From Tubulanus polymorphus (taxonomy: Eukaryota > Animalia > Nemertea): 64,000 bases of DNA. Where the stretch lies: positions 6,820,001 to 6,884,000 of the forward strand of contig NC_134025.1 of NCBI RefSeq assembly GCF_964204645.1, written 5' to 3'. Numbering within the stretch: position 1 is the first letter of the stretch; each line of letters starts with the position of its first letter. The notes beneath the pieces were generated by a model. It was not told the DNA's origin. It did not search any database and saw only the letters and a program-made list of their open reading frames with translations. Positions 1 to 15,837 of the stretch are shown here, in pieces. A program made the translations under genes and the position numbers.

Positions 1-1955
1 CTTATGGTTGTCAATCCTAACTTGCTTGACATGTTTCACAAATTTCTCATTCTTCATCCCTTTTTTCTTCTAACACTTTTATTGATGCGTGATATCTATC
101 TACCTTGTCTTTTTCATTTACTCCTTCTTATGCTTTATTTTTTCTCGTTATTTCCTTTGCCTTCCAGACGGTTACTACCCGTAAACTTTATAAAATGCGT
201 TGGTATGATTACGACCATGAAGAGTCGACTCCGTACTACGACTCGTTCACTGTAGGTACTCTGACTGGACAAAATAATGTTAGTTCCTTTTCCGTGCCAT
301 TCAGTGTTACACGTTACGGTTTGTCAGTAAAATATAACTGTCAAAACTGTCTGCAATGTGCTTCGACTACGTGTTAAAAAAATCAGACGCCGAGTGTGGA
401 AAACTTCACTCCAGTCACTGTATGAATGCACGACCAGCCGCAGTGGCTACTGGCTATCTTGTCACTTAAACCCATCAATGCTTCGGCTTTGTAAGAATTT
501 GCTGATAATGCTTGTTATATCCATGTGTATCATCTCGTCCTTCATTTTTTCATTAGAAGAACGGCGAGTTCTTCCCATTTTCTCTGCCTTGTCCACCATC
601 TTGCTCTGAATGAATGAGAAAATGTTATAACGAGTTCCATCGATGTTATTATGACTGAACATACTCTTCTCAATGTGTTTGCTGATCCAGTGTTATTTCT
701 GAAAAAAAATGATGTATTAAGTTATTTGTATGGGCAATCAGAAGTATGCTGTTCAACCATCACCAAAATTCGATGTTTCATCAATTCTAGTCAGAGGGTA
801 CCGTATATCTACTCCTGATGGTCGTCAACTCATTGTTTGTTAAGAATATTTGTCTTTTAACTAACCAAGAAAACTACAAGACTTTGCTGCTGAATGTTTT
901 AGAATTTTGTAGCACAACCTAACATGGTGCAAGAAAATCCTTCCTTTCGATGATATAGTTCAATCTTTGATGTTTTCATGTTATCACAATTTGTTATACT
1001 TTCTATGCTTTCTGCTCCAGGAAGGGGTAAGTTATTTCCACCAGTAGTACAGTAACCTACCTAACACAATACCTTCACATTTATTATACACCTATTGTAT
1101 GTAGATTTAAAACATGAAATGTTTAAAACAGAAGTGGAAGAGTTGAATTCTTCGACCAGAATATAGTAATTAGTTCTAGTTCAGTATCAAAAATTGTCAT
1201 TGATGATATGCCATATTATAGTTGGATTATATGTGAAATAGTATCATGAATAATAAGTCAGATGAGCCTGACAAGGTTTCTTCTGCTAGAAAAAAGGGGT
1301 ACTAATGGGACCATCTACATTCCACCACTATAATAAGTGAGACTCGGGTTGAATGCACGTTCTGTTTCAATTACATATGGATAGATATGAACACTCATGA
1401 AGCCTGAGATATGTTAGACCTTAGAGAATGTATAATTGTACAATAGACATGCATAATTGTATATGATGATCAAATAATGATTTTCAGAATTTGTACCATT
1501 ATTTCTCATGGATAAGATAATCACTTTTCTACAGTTCTGCATTCAATTTAACTCATGTTATTTGACTCTAGAGAACTCTAGAACTGTGGAATTGGCACTG
1601 GTACGGAAGGTTGCAAATTTCCATGAAAATGTTGACATGTTTATTGTGTGTTTTGGTATAACCTTCCAAAGTTCCCAAATAAAAATTGCTGATACCCATT
1701 TTATTTTGTCCATTTCAATGTTAATGTAGTATTTTGTTCAATTTTTACAATATAGGCAATTTTTCTGTTGTAACAAGATATGATATTCATCGAGACTAAG
1801 ATTACGTATTGTTCTTTCATTCTAAGATGATAATATTCAGCAAATTGTTTCTTTTTCAGGTCAAATCGTCCTAATCATTGTCTTTTTTCTCCTATGCTGT
1901 GACAGGTTAAAAAACGCTTGTATCATTTACATTGATATCTTGAATTTTATTTCAG

Positions 1956-4583
<2,628 letters not shown>

Positions 4584-4701
4584 ATGACTCACCACTGTGC
4601 ACCTCTATTTTCTCTAACACTTTTAGTAGCATTGTGTTGTGTTTCAAAATTACACAGAGAATGTGAGCAACTGAAATACAGCACAGTGCTTATCGTGCAC
4701 A

Positions 4702-4969
4702 CCCATTCTGAGGAAGTTCAATGATAGTAGAGTAGCCACATTTGGACATGGTGAATAGATCAAATAAATGAAATCCAATATGTACAAATTCAAAAGATTA
4801 AGAACTTATATAATCACTGGTACCGGGGTCGTACAAAATTAAACTTCAAAAAGACAAAGTTGTGTCTTTTTGAAATTGAGCATAACGAATTTTCATTGAT
4901 AATAATTTCCTTTTCTCAAATTCAACTCAGATTCAACGTCGAACAAATAACAAACTTCCTCAGAATAGG
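4702..4969. mobile_element. MITE-like inverted-repeat element in the SLC1A 3' region
   Basis: attctgaggaagtt (4705-4718) and its reverse complement aacttcctcagaat (4953-4966); internal hairpin ttcaaaaagaca...tgtctttttgaa near 4845-4875. Confidence 0.5.
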
Positions 4970-7900
4970 ATAGGTTCTGATAACTTAGGTAGTTGGGTAC
5001 GTTTAGATCTGAAACAAAATTGTAACTGATAATCTCTGTAGATGTTTAACAGTTTAGTGATTGCATTTGAGATTTCTCTTTTATGATAAAAGTAGGGTTA
5101 CTTGTACAATAGTGCCATATATGACTGCAACACTGTCTTGATATTACAACATAAGCCTGATTTGATTAGTATAGTGAATGAATTGTAGATTTTGGTTCTA
5201 GTTAGAACTGTTTTGTTATTAATACTCACCTTGGGGCCAGCTTTATGGATTTGTACTAGCTTAAATGCCACGGAACGTTTGAATTTTTGTTAGGTACCAT
5301 TGTTTATATGATAATCAGGGCAAGAATTCAACCACAGTAAGCTAACTTAAGTACCTGGCCCCTGGTTTTCAATATATGTACATTTGTATGTACTGGTAGT
5401 ACTGAATGAATAAAGCTTCCATCCTTAAAACAAGTAGATCATGAAATGACTTTGGCTACAAAATGATTTGATAAACTAAAACTTGATTTCGTGAATAACT
5501 ATTGTAACATCACATCACCTTGTGTAACATTAGAAAAGAATTACCCAGACATTTTCAGTGTTCAAGAATGTTCTGACAATCATCTTGCGTAATATTGCTG
5601 TCAACTGGACATAATGGACTACTTAATAATGAATAATCATTAACATAATATGTTACATTATCATACAATATGTACATGTGCATCGAATGATATCTTAAAA
5701 CTAAATTAGGCGGATAAACTGGTTTGTAGCTAACTTGTTATCTGTTGGTATTGGTTCAAGGCCTTATCTGGTGTGGGTATTGTGGAGATTTTGTGCTGAA
5801 GATGACACAATTTTATCATTTTCATTGCTTTGGCGTCTGCTTTTTGTCGTTTTATTAATCAAATCCAAAATTCCTTCCTATCTTCCCATTTAAGAAGGAA
5901 TGACATTTTTTGGGCAGCATCCCATTGAAATCAATGGCAATATTGTCGGTTTCCTCAAATATCGTAATTGTGCCAACATTTTTCTTTCATTTTTCAAGAA
6001 AACATAACATCACTGCTATCTAGCTTGTGCTTTGTATATATCTTCCCAATTCTTTGACTATTCTTCATATAAACAATCTTAAACATGTCTATTGAAATAC
6101 ATTCATGTACAACTCACTTAGAAATGCTCTTAAATCTTAGTAGGATGAAAACAAGGTGATAATTCAGTAATAGATTTTTTAGATGGTAGGGTAAAAAAGG
6201 ACTCGATTGATTCCTTAGCTTTTAATGACATATTCCTATTTATTTTGTCATACATGCAGCCTCTACGACTGAAAGTTTAGGTAAGTCTGATCCAAACCTG
6301 AATACAACAAGCACACACGGCGAAAACGACCGTAATTCAGTACAAAGTCCAGTTGCCGGGCACAACCCAGACTGGGTGTAACGTGTTTGTCATATAAACA
6401 GTCACTGCTTAGCGAAGTGTTACGTTCAACCTGACATCAATATATCATACATAAACATTCACTTGGGACGTAAAAACAAAAACGTCTGTCACAAAAAAAT
6501 GGTTGTTCTGATCTGAATTTGTTGTACTCGAATGTACAGTGTGTATATCGATTTATATAGATAATGATTTTTGTTAGATTTAAGATGAATTTAGTTTTCG
6601 ATATCTCATATATATTTCGATTTTATCAATGTAATGATAGACTTGGAGATCACAGGGCATCTGTTAGTTATTGTTTAATTTCGGCTCCTCCATTGGACGG
6701 AAATAGATGATTAAAGTTAGATAATGAGATTCAATCTATTCACTTTCGTACTCACTTATTGATTTGATTTGGTGGTGGTTGTATTAATAATTCTGTTTTG
6801 GTGAACTTTCACATTTTTCTGCATGCACCTACTATTACTACCGGTACATTAGCTTCTGCTGGCTTCACTTCATATCAAATTTTGTGTCATTTTCAGGAAC
6901 CATAACGTGACAATATGAATAATGTCATTATTATATTATTGTTAGAATTAATTGCAATGTTTTTGTAAGTGGGTAATAATTTCTTAAATTTAAAAATGAA
7001 TCATATGTTCACACAATACATGCATTTTCTATTTCAAAGAGGGTGAAGCAGTTTAAACTTAAATACTGGCGATAATGTCATCAACTCAGCAAGGATTAGA
7101 ATTGTGGTATGTATGTCAGGTTGGTTAGAAAATGGGAGCTGATCATCAGCTTTTTACATGTTGATATGGGCCGTAGCTTTAACCTGAGCAAGCTCAGCGC
7201 AAAAGACTTCAAACTATTGAATGACACATATCCTGAGAATACGAAGGTGAGAGTATGAAAATGTGTTCCATATCGCAGAGAATAGATAGAAAAACAGCAA
7301 TTATTTCATGTTAATGAGAAGAACGTAGCAATAAATATTGCTCATATTTCCAGGTGTATGAATTATGTGAACATGATAAGAAATAAGAGTGAAAATTTTA
7401 TTTAGTTTAGAAATCCAAATAATCATATGCCACAAGCACATATTAAGTGGATGATTACTTAAATCTAGTGTTTTCGTGTTCTATTGTTCTAGGGTTGTTC
7501 AAATAGTAGGCTATTTTATGAATATTAAAGGGATCTAGAATAAGGTGTTGGTATAGCTTATCCGGGTATAGCTTACCCGGTTTATTTTAGAATGTAAAGA
7601 TATAATCGCATGGGGTATTGGATCAAAGAGGCGTTCAGCTACTGTAGTCAAGCTCTTATCTTTACGCTGTCAAAATCTAGCTAAGATTGTTTGAATATCC
7701 GTATTCAGAAAATTCAGAGAATTTGAATGTTTATAGCATAAAGTTACTGAGCTGACTGCATTTGTTTCAATTGTAAATTATGCTATTCTTTTGAATTTTT
7801 GAGTCACTCAAAGATGATAAGCGGCCAATTGTTTTCTGAGCATCAAGGACCTATTGTAGAAAAATTATGTTATGAAAATTATGTTTCTCCATTTAGAATT

Positions 7901-10900
7901 ACTGTATAAATGTAATCTCTTTTACTGCATGAATGTGTGACTTTGTAAATAACCTGTGGTTATTGCCAAGGCATTCGTTATGATATTGCAAATACAAGCC
8001 TAATATTCTACCAGCGGAATTTAGCTGTGAGAATGTTTGACAAATAAGAAAACTTCAGAAAATTCTCTAGATTTGAATAGCAATGGTGTAGAAAGGGATG
8101 TATATTTTTTGCATTTTGTTGTATTATGAAAATTATAACGATAGTTACTTGTTGATTAATACAGAGATAATGCAAATTAGTTTCACATATATCTGATTGA
8201 CAATGAATGATAAACTATGAAAAAGTTATCAATGGTTTATCTACATTGAATTTTTGCAATTTATTAAGAAAATCGAAATAAAATCTTATGATAGTTGCAT
8301 AAAGAAAAATGAGGTTGGAAATTGACATACAGCAGTTTTAGAAATAATTTAGCATAATTAGAGAATGAATAGTAATGTTGTGTGTAAATACGTATCGGAA
8401 GAATAAATTGTTTTTTGTTTTCTTCTACCAGCATGTGACTGTGCTTCAAAATTTAATGGTTTCATAATCATTTATCTGTACTGGTACAACAATGTATTCC
8501 ATCTGTGTATTCTATAAGAAATCAACCATCTATGTCTGTAGACCTGAAGTAATCTTTAAACTAAAGAGGTGAATATTGTCCAAATTGTTGGTCATCATAA
8601 AAATTTCATTATTCACATGAAGTTCATTAATTGGAGTACAATGATGGAATGACACCCATGAGTGAATTGCAATGAAAAAAACATTAGGTATTGCATTAGT
8701 TTTAAAACCAATACAAGTACGATGTAAAAAAATGTATAGTAAAACACATTTTTGCTTCATATAGAATATTGTACAGGTTAGCCATCTTCTTGAATATTCT
8801 TAAGATACTTGTACATGGTAATTTGAAATCGATTGATTATGTATTTGGCCATTCCATATAGTAATACAATTTTGTACTGTACATGTACTGGATATACATG
8901 TATTAATATTAGATACGTGAAACTTTGATACTTCACTGATGTAAATATTATATCGATATTACAGATCACAAGTGCATATATGCATTTTCATATCGTAGAT
9001 ATAAGATACAAATATACTACAATATTTCGAATATACATATAGATATAATTATGAATAAAACATTTAATAGAAAATTATATATTCACACTGGAGGCTTATT
9101 AAAAATTGATTATTATGATTGATAGAATATATATTGAGCTACAAAGCAATGACTGAAATTTGTAAGCATTATTTTCATGTCTTGACACAATTAGTGCATT
9201 ATTGTTATGTTTTATTCTATCTGATTTAGATTTCACAAGATCAAACTATACATGTATTCCCTAAATTTGCGCAAATTACTCACAGTTTCTTCTATCTACC
9301 AGGCATAAGAATAACCTTCATCAAGTTACTATGTACTACCAAATATTCTATTGAACATCACTTAAATTCTTAGATTCTTCAGTAAGTAGTAAATGCTCAT
9401 GTGAATCGATTAGTAACTGATAAGAGTACGTCGGCTGGTTTCTATATGTTTATATATAAGTTTTTAATGTAAATCAGGGATCACGATTAATGTTAACTAC
9501 ATTACAGACTATGTTGTACAGTATGATTGACTAACCATTCATATGTATCATAGAAATAAGATGAATGTTTTAGATTTTACAGCAATAATGTTTCATAAGT
9601 ACAAAATATTATATACAGTATATATGGTATATAGCAGGTCTTGTGGTATATAGCTACTTGCCTTTTTCATTAAATATTGTTCCCTGTTTCTGTCATGTAC
9701 CTAAAGATTGTGGTTGGTGAAGAATGGACTTCTTTTACTAGGTGATAACTGTACAATGATACTAATCATTTACAAATCATGTTGGAGACAAAATCTGCGC
9801 GTCCATCACTTACAGCTTGAGGTTTATGAGAAACATCGAATTGCAAATTTATTGAAATGGCTCAAATTAATCTCCATTCTTTTTCTATCAAGTCTTTGCG
9901 GTTGTGTATAAGAAACTATATGTATCTACTAGACTTTGTACACGAAATACAGATAGATGTAATCGATGCTTAAACTATAGGCTTTCATACATAAAGTACA
10001 GTTGTAGAAAGATATTCAAATGTGTACATCATATTCTTCATTTGCTGTTTGGGTCCATAATTCATCAATATGGTTTTCAGGCTTTTTTATTACCGGGTAT
10101 TCAACGAAATAGATCAAACATCAATTTGTACACATCTGATTGAAATTGACATGAAAACTGTATGTACATTTAGAAATGTTGAGTACATATTATGGGTTCG
10201 GTGAGCTTAGGTCCCTATTTCATTAACTACAGACAATTATCTTATATTTGAAAGTAGTCTCGAAGAATTAAAACGATTGATTATTTCAAGTGGAAACAGG
10301 GGCACACGATAGCTGATGATTATTTATAGCATCATACATATTATTCTTGTAAATAGATCCCTCCAATTATAATAATTGTGTATTGTATAATCATCATCTA
10401 ACAATTTGTTTCAATAAAGAATGTTCCCGTTTCCCAATAATCTTACTTCGTTGTTTTTTTCACTTTTGGATGTTCTTGCATGAAAATATTTGGATTCAAT
10501 GGATTTTGTCCATCACAAGTGAATATCAGTCCCACATGAAAAATTATGACTCCAAAATGAACCACCTGTCACCAAATCCTTCGATGGTCGATATCAACTT
10601 GAAAACCGCTCAGACTGCCCCCACGGCAGGAGTCCTATATTTGTATCTCAAATATCAACTGGAATGATCCTCTGTCCCTCATAAGAGGAATGACTGATCC
10701 TCATTTATGTTATTGTGCCTATTGATGCAATCGCAAAGAGGTCATGAAAACCAGCCTAGAGGATATGATTCAATATTGGCGATTATACACACCTTTGAAG
10801 AATGACAAAAAGAATATGCATAATGAAAAGTATAGAAATTTCAATTTATTTCATATAGACATGAAAATGAAATATATGTAGCACAAACAAGAATTAATAC

Positions 10901-11064
10901 TAGCGAGAAAAAAAAATTCGTTGATTTTGAAGGAAGTCTCTAACTGAATAAATAGAATAATACAAGATACATCAAATTCGTAATTAAATTATAACAAAAA
11001 GACAAAATTGATCAGAAGAATGACACTGGCCATTGAGCAAAAATACTTCCTTTCACTCCATTAA

Positions 11065-11764
11065 TTAAAGTTCATCTCTGCGTTCAATTTTTATCAATTC
11101 TACTTCGAAGATCAACGTTGCACCAGCTAAAAAATGAAAGAGACAATTGCTGGATTTTCTGATATTTTGAGTTATCATCAAAAACTGATTTCATTCAATC
11201 AATTGTAGTAGTACCTGGAATTTTAGGTGGTGCTCCTCGGTCACCATATCCCAAATCAGATGGAATTATAAGTTTTCGCTTCTCCCCTTCACACATTCTA
11301 GAAACCAAAATCACAAGGGTAAAATGCATTGTAAGAGGAGCTAAAACAGTACGCAAAACATTGAACAAACTAACAAACCTCAATAGACCTTGATCCCATC
11401 CCTTTATGACCTGTCCTGAACCGAGAGTAAATGTAAATGGTTCACCGCGTGGTATACTACTGTCAAACTCAGTGCCGTCTTCTAACTTCCCCTGAAAAAA
11501 AGTGATAAAATTTACCCGCCGACTTTTATTTTTCATTTCATGAAACATACCGATAACTTTTTCATTTAGAATAGCTCTTACCGTATAATGCATGTGTAAA
11601 ATATCGTTTTTTTTAGATTTGATCTTGCAGTCTTCGGGCAGAACGCGCTTCTTGACTCCGATGTGAAGTTTTTTCACTTTGCCTTTTTCTTCAGCTGCCG
11701 AGCTTGTTGTAATTATAACCGTTAGTAGCACGGCTACAGTATAAAATACTTGAGACAGTTGCAT
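11065..11764 (-). CDS. FKBP2: ER peptidyl-prolyl isomerase FKBP2 (FKBP13)
   Basis: Exons 11764-11582, 11491-11379, 11297-11215, 11126-11065. Signal peptide, [54 protein letters not shown]-terminal RDEL ER-retention signal. Acceptor near 11771 and donor at 12193 imply a non-coding first exon. Confidence 0.95.
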
Positions 11765-11994
11765 CGTGATCTAGAACAAAACACAAGAAAATCAGCAACA
11801 GTTAAAGTTAGTGAACTAATTAATTGTTGGCGGTAAGCTAGCCGTACAGCTAAGGGCATACATGGACCAGGGGTGAAGCAAGCCACAAAAAAAATGAGAA
11901 TCATGACCTTGGTTCCCTTAAATTGCTGTCATAACAGTGAGAAAAAATTATGTTTGATACCGAATTCCTCTCTAAGTAACTGATTCATTAGTTA

Positions 11995-12270
11995 ACTATT
12001 TCGCCACCAGATGGCGTAAAATTTTATAAACTATCAAATCTACGAAATTCAGAGCCTGGTGTTCGTTTATCTAACTTCTTGATAGATAAAATACGATTCA
12101 TTCTACTTATCTAATAATCTTTCCTGGTCGAATTCGCAATAATTATGCGCAAAAAGGTAGAAACCTAGAGAAAAACATCGAAAGTACACGTACCCAATCG
12201 TTCCTGCTCCACATGCATCGGGGCGTCTCGGAGCAAAAATATCTGCGGTTAAAGTGGCATCCAATATGGC
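11995..12270. promoter_or_regulatory. Compact FKBP2/EIF3K bidirectional promoter region with CTCF-like site
   Basis: Putative FKBP2 5'UTR donor at 12193 (-) lies about 70 bp from the EIF3K ATG (12266, +). TCGCCACCAGATGGCGTAA at 12001-12019 fits the CTCF core; AATATGGCGG at the ATG is YY1-like. Confidence 0.55.
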
Positions 12271-14441
12271 GGAACAGATGAGGGGACATGTTGCGGCCTT
12301 ATTACGAGGAATTGACCGGTAAATTCACCTAAATCAATCATATTTCCAATTTTTAAATGACTACTTCATAGTCAAATTTCGATTGAGTCTAAGTTTATGT
12401 AGTTATTTTTCTCAAATGGACGTAATCATTCTTGAAATAGCAGACATATGCCGGTCATAGCCCTAGTCTGTGTTTACTTCTTATTTTACTTTAGATTAGA
12501 GTTACCTCTTATCATTAATACATTAAACTGCGTCCAGTTTCTCATACTCTTCAATCAATTTGATTTTTACATTTATCTAGTTTATCTTTAATCAAGTCAA
12601 TCGCATCGACTTGGCTGTGTTTATGACCATAATAAAACTGATTTCACTTCTTCCAGATATAATCCTGAAAATCTAGCCACATTAGAAAGATATGTTGATT
12701 TACAATGTAAAGATAAAACATACGATTTAGAAGCCAACTTGGCTGTACTAAAATTGTAAGTAATTATTTAATGCATTCAATGATAATTCTAATAGTCACC
12801 CCAAATTTGCCTCCATCATCAGTAACATGTTTCTTACGTTCTAGGTACCAATTCAATCCAAGTCATTTCCAGACATCGGTGGCTTCACAGATTCTACTGA
12901 AAGCATTAACAAACATGCCGCATACGGACTTCACATTGTGTAAATGTTTAATAGATATAATTAGAGTATCCTTTTGGGTATAGTGTTTGAAATAAAGGAG
13001 TTCAAACTAACCCTGAACCTTGTGTTATATGCCTATATAGGTAAGGGATCATTAATTTATTACGTACGCATAAAATTTGAATTTTTCAACCCCCCTCCCC
13101 CTCTGTACGCAAAATCTGCCATTTTTTCATATACATTAAGCATTACAGTACGCAATTGCACTGACCCCTCCCCCCTCCCGGCCTAATGCGTACGTAATAA
13201 ATGAATGACCCCTAAGTCTTTCAAAAATAAAAACAGATTTGTTCTAATTTTCCTTAATGAATGTTGACCAGTTAAAGGAAGAACCGTTGATTAGAATAGT
13301 AGAACTACATGATCTTCTAGAGACTTGTCAATTTCGAGAATTTTGGGTAAGTTGGCGTTTGAGCTAAGAAAACCTGAAAGAAGGCACTGGCTAAATGAAG
13401 AATAGGAATCATTTATTGAGAAAGTGTTGATATTTTCTGAAAGTTATAGGGAGCATAAGTTGCAGTGGAAAGTCACCAGTCATCAACTGAAATCATTAAT
13501 GTCTTTACAAGTCGATGTTTCAATGAATGGTATTTGATTTATTTTCAGAATGCACTTCATGAATATCCCGACTTGATTATGGGCATCAGTGCATTCGAAG
13601 ATTCTATAAGGAAATGTAAGCATAAATTGTTTAAGCTTAAGTTGACATAGTACATTGGGCCAATATTGCTGTCCCCTCCCCTTGTATAATATCTTTGTAC
13701 TTATGTCACTGCCCCCAATGTCAAACATCTTGATATAACACGGAACTTCAATTTTGTTGGTCGCAAAATATCCAAATGAAGAGGATTCTACTGTATTCGC
13801 TTCACGAGTGAAAAAAAACTTCCTCGTCCCTGTTTGATTGATCGTTTTTTTTTCTTCAGTTGTCTGTCATGTGATTTCGATCACGTACCAATCAATCAGC
13901 CAGACGAACCTTCAGGTGTTGCTTGGATATGTGTCCGAAACGGAAACGCAACAATGGGTGCAAAAGTACGGCTGGCGCGAAGAGGGTGATTTAGTTTTCG
14001 TCACAAACCAAGACGACAACATTAAAACGAAAAATATCACTGAAAACATTACGTTTGAAAGTAAGTTATTCGTTGACTAGAGTGCGATATTAGTGTGTCG
14101 TGGTCAATATGGACCAGCATATTCTGTCCAAGTTTATTAGAGATGTGTTTGCCATTATGAATATTTGAGAAAGGTGTGAAAAGATTTAGTCCTTCCCAAT
14201 GCAAATATCTTAAATAAATCAAATACAGTTGACTACACTTACGATGTATTGGCCAGGACGGGTGGTATCCGTGAAGAAGTGTTATGTAGACATGTGCCAT
14301 GAATTTTTGCGGTTTGTGTTATTTTGTGAATGATCCTTTATACATTTTACAGGTGTATCCGAAGTAATGAAAATGGGATGGCCTACTCGCTCTAAATACC
14401 CGATGCCAGCACCACAACCTCCTGCATATGCTTCGACTTGA
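12266..14441 (+). CDS. EIF3K: Eukaryotic translation initiation factor 3 subunit K
   Basis: Exons 12266-12318, 12657-12755, 12845-12965, 13272-13346, 13549-13615, 13860-14060, 14353-14441. Gives [87 protein letters not shown]. Confidence 0.95.
12966..13271 (+). other. U12-type (minor spliceosome) GT-AG intron in EIF3K
   Basis: 5' site GTATCCTTT; branch-like TTTCCTTAAT (13249-13258) 13 nt before the exon; no polypyrimidine tract. Confidence 0.85.
13045..13212. mobile_element. PIF/Harbinger-like MITE inside the U12 intron
   Basis: About 26-bp TIRs gggatcattaatttattacgtacgca / tgcgtacgtaataaatgaatgacccc, flanked by TAA (13042-13044 and 13213-13215). Confidence 0.75.
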
Positions 14442-14775
14442 AAATGTATATTTCATAAATCGAAAGAAAAAAAGCATACATAGATACATTATGAATTTTC
14501 TTTTCTTTTATTCAAAGGATCCAGTTTTTCATGTCTCAAAATTGTTCTTTACATATATCATGGTGGAACCTTGTTATAACCATGGATGTATAATCTATAT
14601 TAACTACATCCATTGTATAACAGTATTCAGATATTTGATTTGTCGGACTTATGTCACAGCGCCAGACTGATATATAATTTTTTTATATGTATAACAATTT
14701 TCGTTCATTTAAAGTTGAATATCTTATTTGTTAGAAATATTCGATAAAATCCGGTAGTAGGTAACTTAATGTTGA

Positions 14776-15674
14776 TTATAAGCCAACAAGTTTCTCAGTG
14801 ACTACCCACAGTTTTTTAGCGACTCCATCATCATAAACTGTCAGCATATATTCATCTTTTCGACAGTTACAGTAATAATGTCCACTTTCGTTCGTCAAAT
14901 CGTCGGCTACAGCGCAGTATAGTTAATTGGTCTCTAATACTAACGATGCAACCATGTTGACAAACACTCGAATCAGTCTCGGGATCTTAGCCTCGAAATC
15001 TTTGCCTATTTCTGATCTGATAACACCTGGATGTACGAAATACGCAGTAACGCCGGTTCCCTGCATTCGTCTGTCAAATTCTTGACTAAAAAGGCCAATA
15101 GCGAGTTTACTGTAAGCGTATCTCTCTATGTGTTTGAGGTCAAAATTATTAATCTTGTCGAATTCAATTCTCCCCAATTTGTGAACATCCGAACCAAGTA
15201 CAACTACACGACTCGGAGCAGATGATTCGAGTTTCTCCAATAATAGATTAGTAAAGAGGAAATGACCGAGATATTTACTCCAAATATCACATCGAACCCA
15301 TCTTCAGTGCTATCGGTGCCAGAAGTAAAATAGACACCTGCATTATTGATCAACACGTCAATATTTCTATCATTTTTGTTAATTCCATCACAGAATTCAC
15401 GAATAGAGGTCAAAGATGCGAGTTCAAGTTTTCTAACTTCTATGTCTCGATTATTTGTTTCTATTTTAATTTCCTCAGCCAGTTCTTCGGCTAACGGGAC
15501 GTTGCGACATGCTAGAATCAATCGGGCTCCTCTGCGAGCTAGATCGTACGCGGTTTCGCGTCCAATACCAGCTGTAGCCCCCGTAGTGATAACTGTTTTG
15601 CCTTCCATCGATTTTTGTAATTTCGTAATTTTTTTGCGAGACGAATGCAATCAATACCCACACGAAATAGACAT
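14776..15674 (-). pseudogene. RDH11-14-like SDR pseudogene (copy 1)
   Basis: Collinear with intact paralogs (ITTGATAGIG, NNAG, YAYSK, KKLW..EKLVGL). Has 1-nt frameshifts near 15615 and 15273 (probably also near 15665), and about 18 nt deleted with an in-frame TAA at 14923-14925 replacing PFKGAQTT. Confidence 0.85.
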
Positions 15675-15837
15675 ATCTATAAAATACGGCAGAAATATAA
15701 GAGCTTTTGGGCAATTTGTCGTACACATCCCCTTGATTCGACCGGCCCCGAATCTGACAAGTTATACAGTTATACATAAAGGAATCGAAAAAGAACTTAA
15801 CATACTGGATGGAGTCAAAACCCAACTTTCAAGCGAA

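Noticed and set aside
898-1056. Cys-containing - strand frame (YCTTGGNNLPLPG...CTMLGCATKF*)
   Set aside because: Could not be linked to a start or to the 462-698 exons; too short to support.
11195-11764. 189-aa single-exon FKBP ORF
   Set aside because: Reads through two in-frame introns and misses the RDEL exon; the spliced model fits FKBP2.
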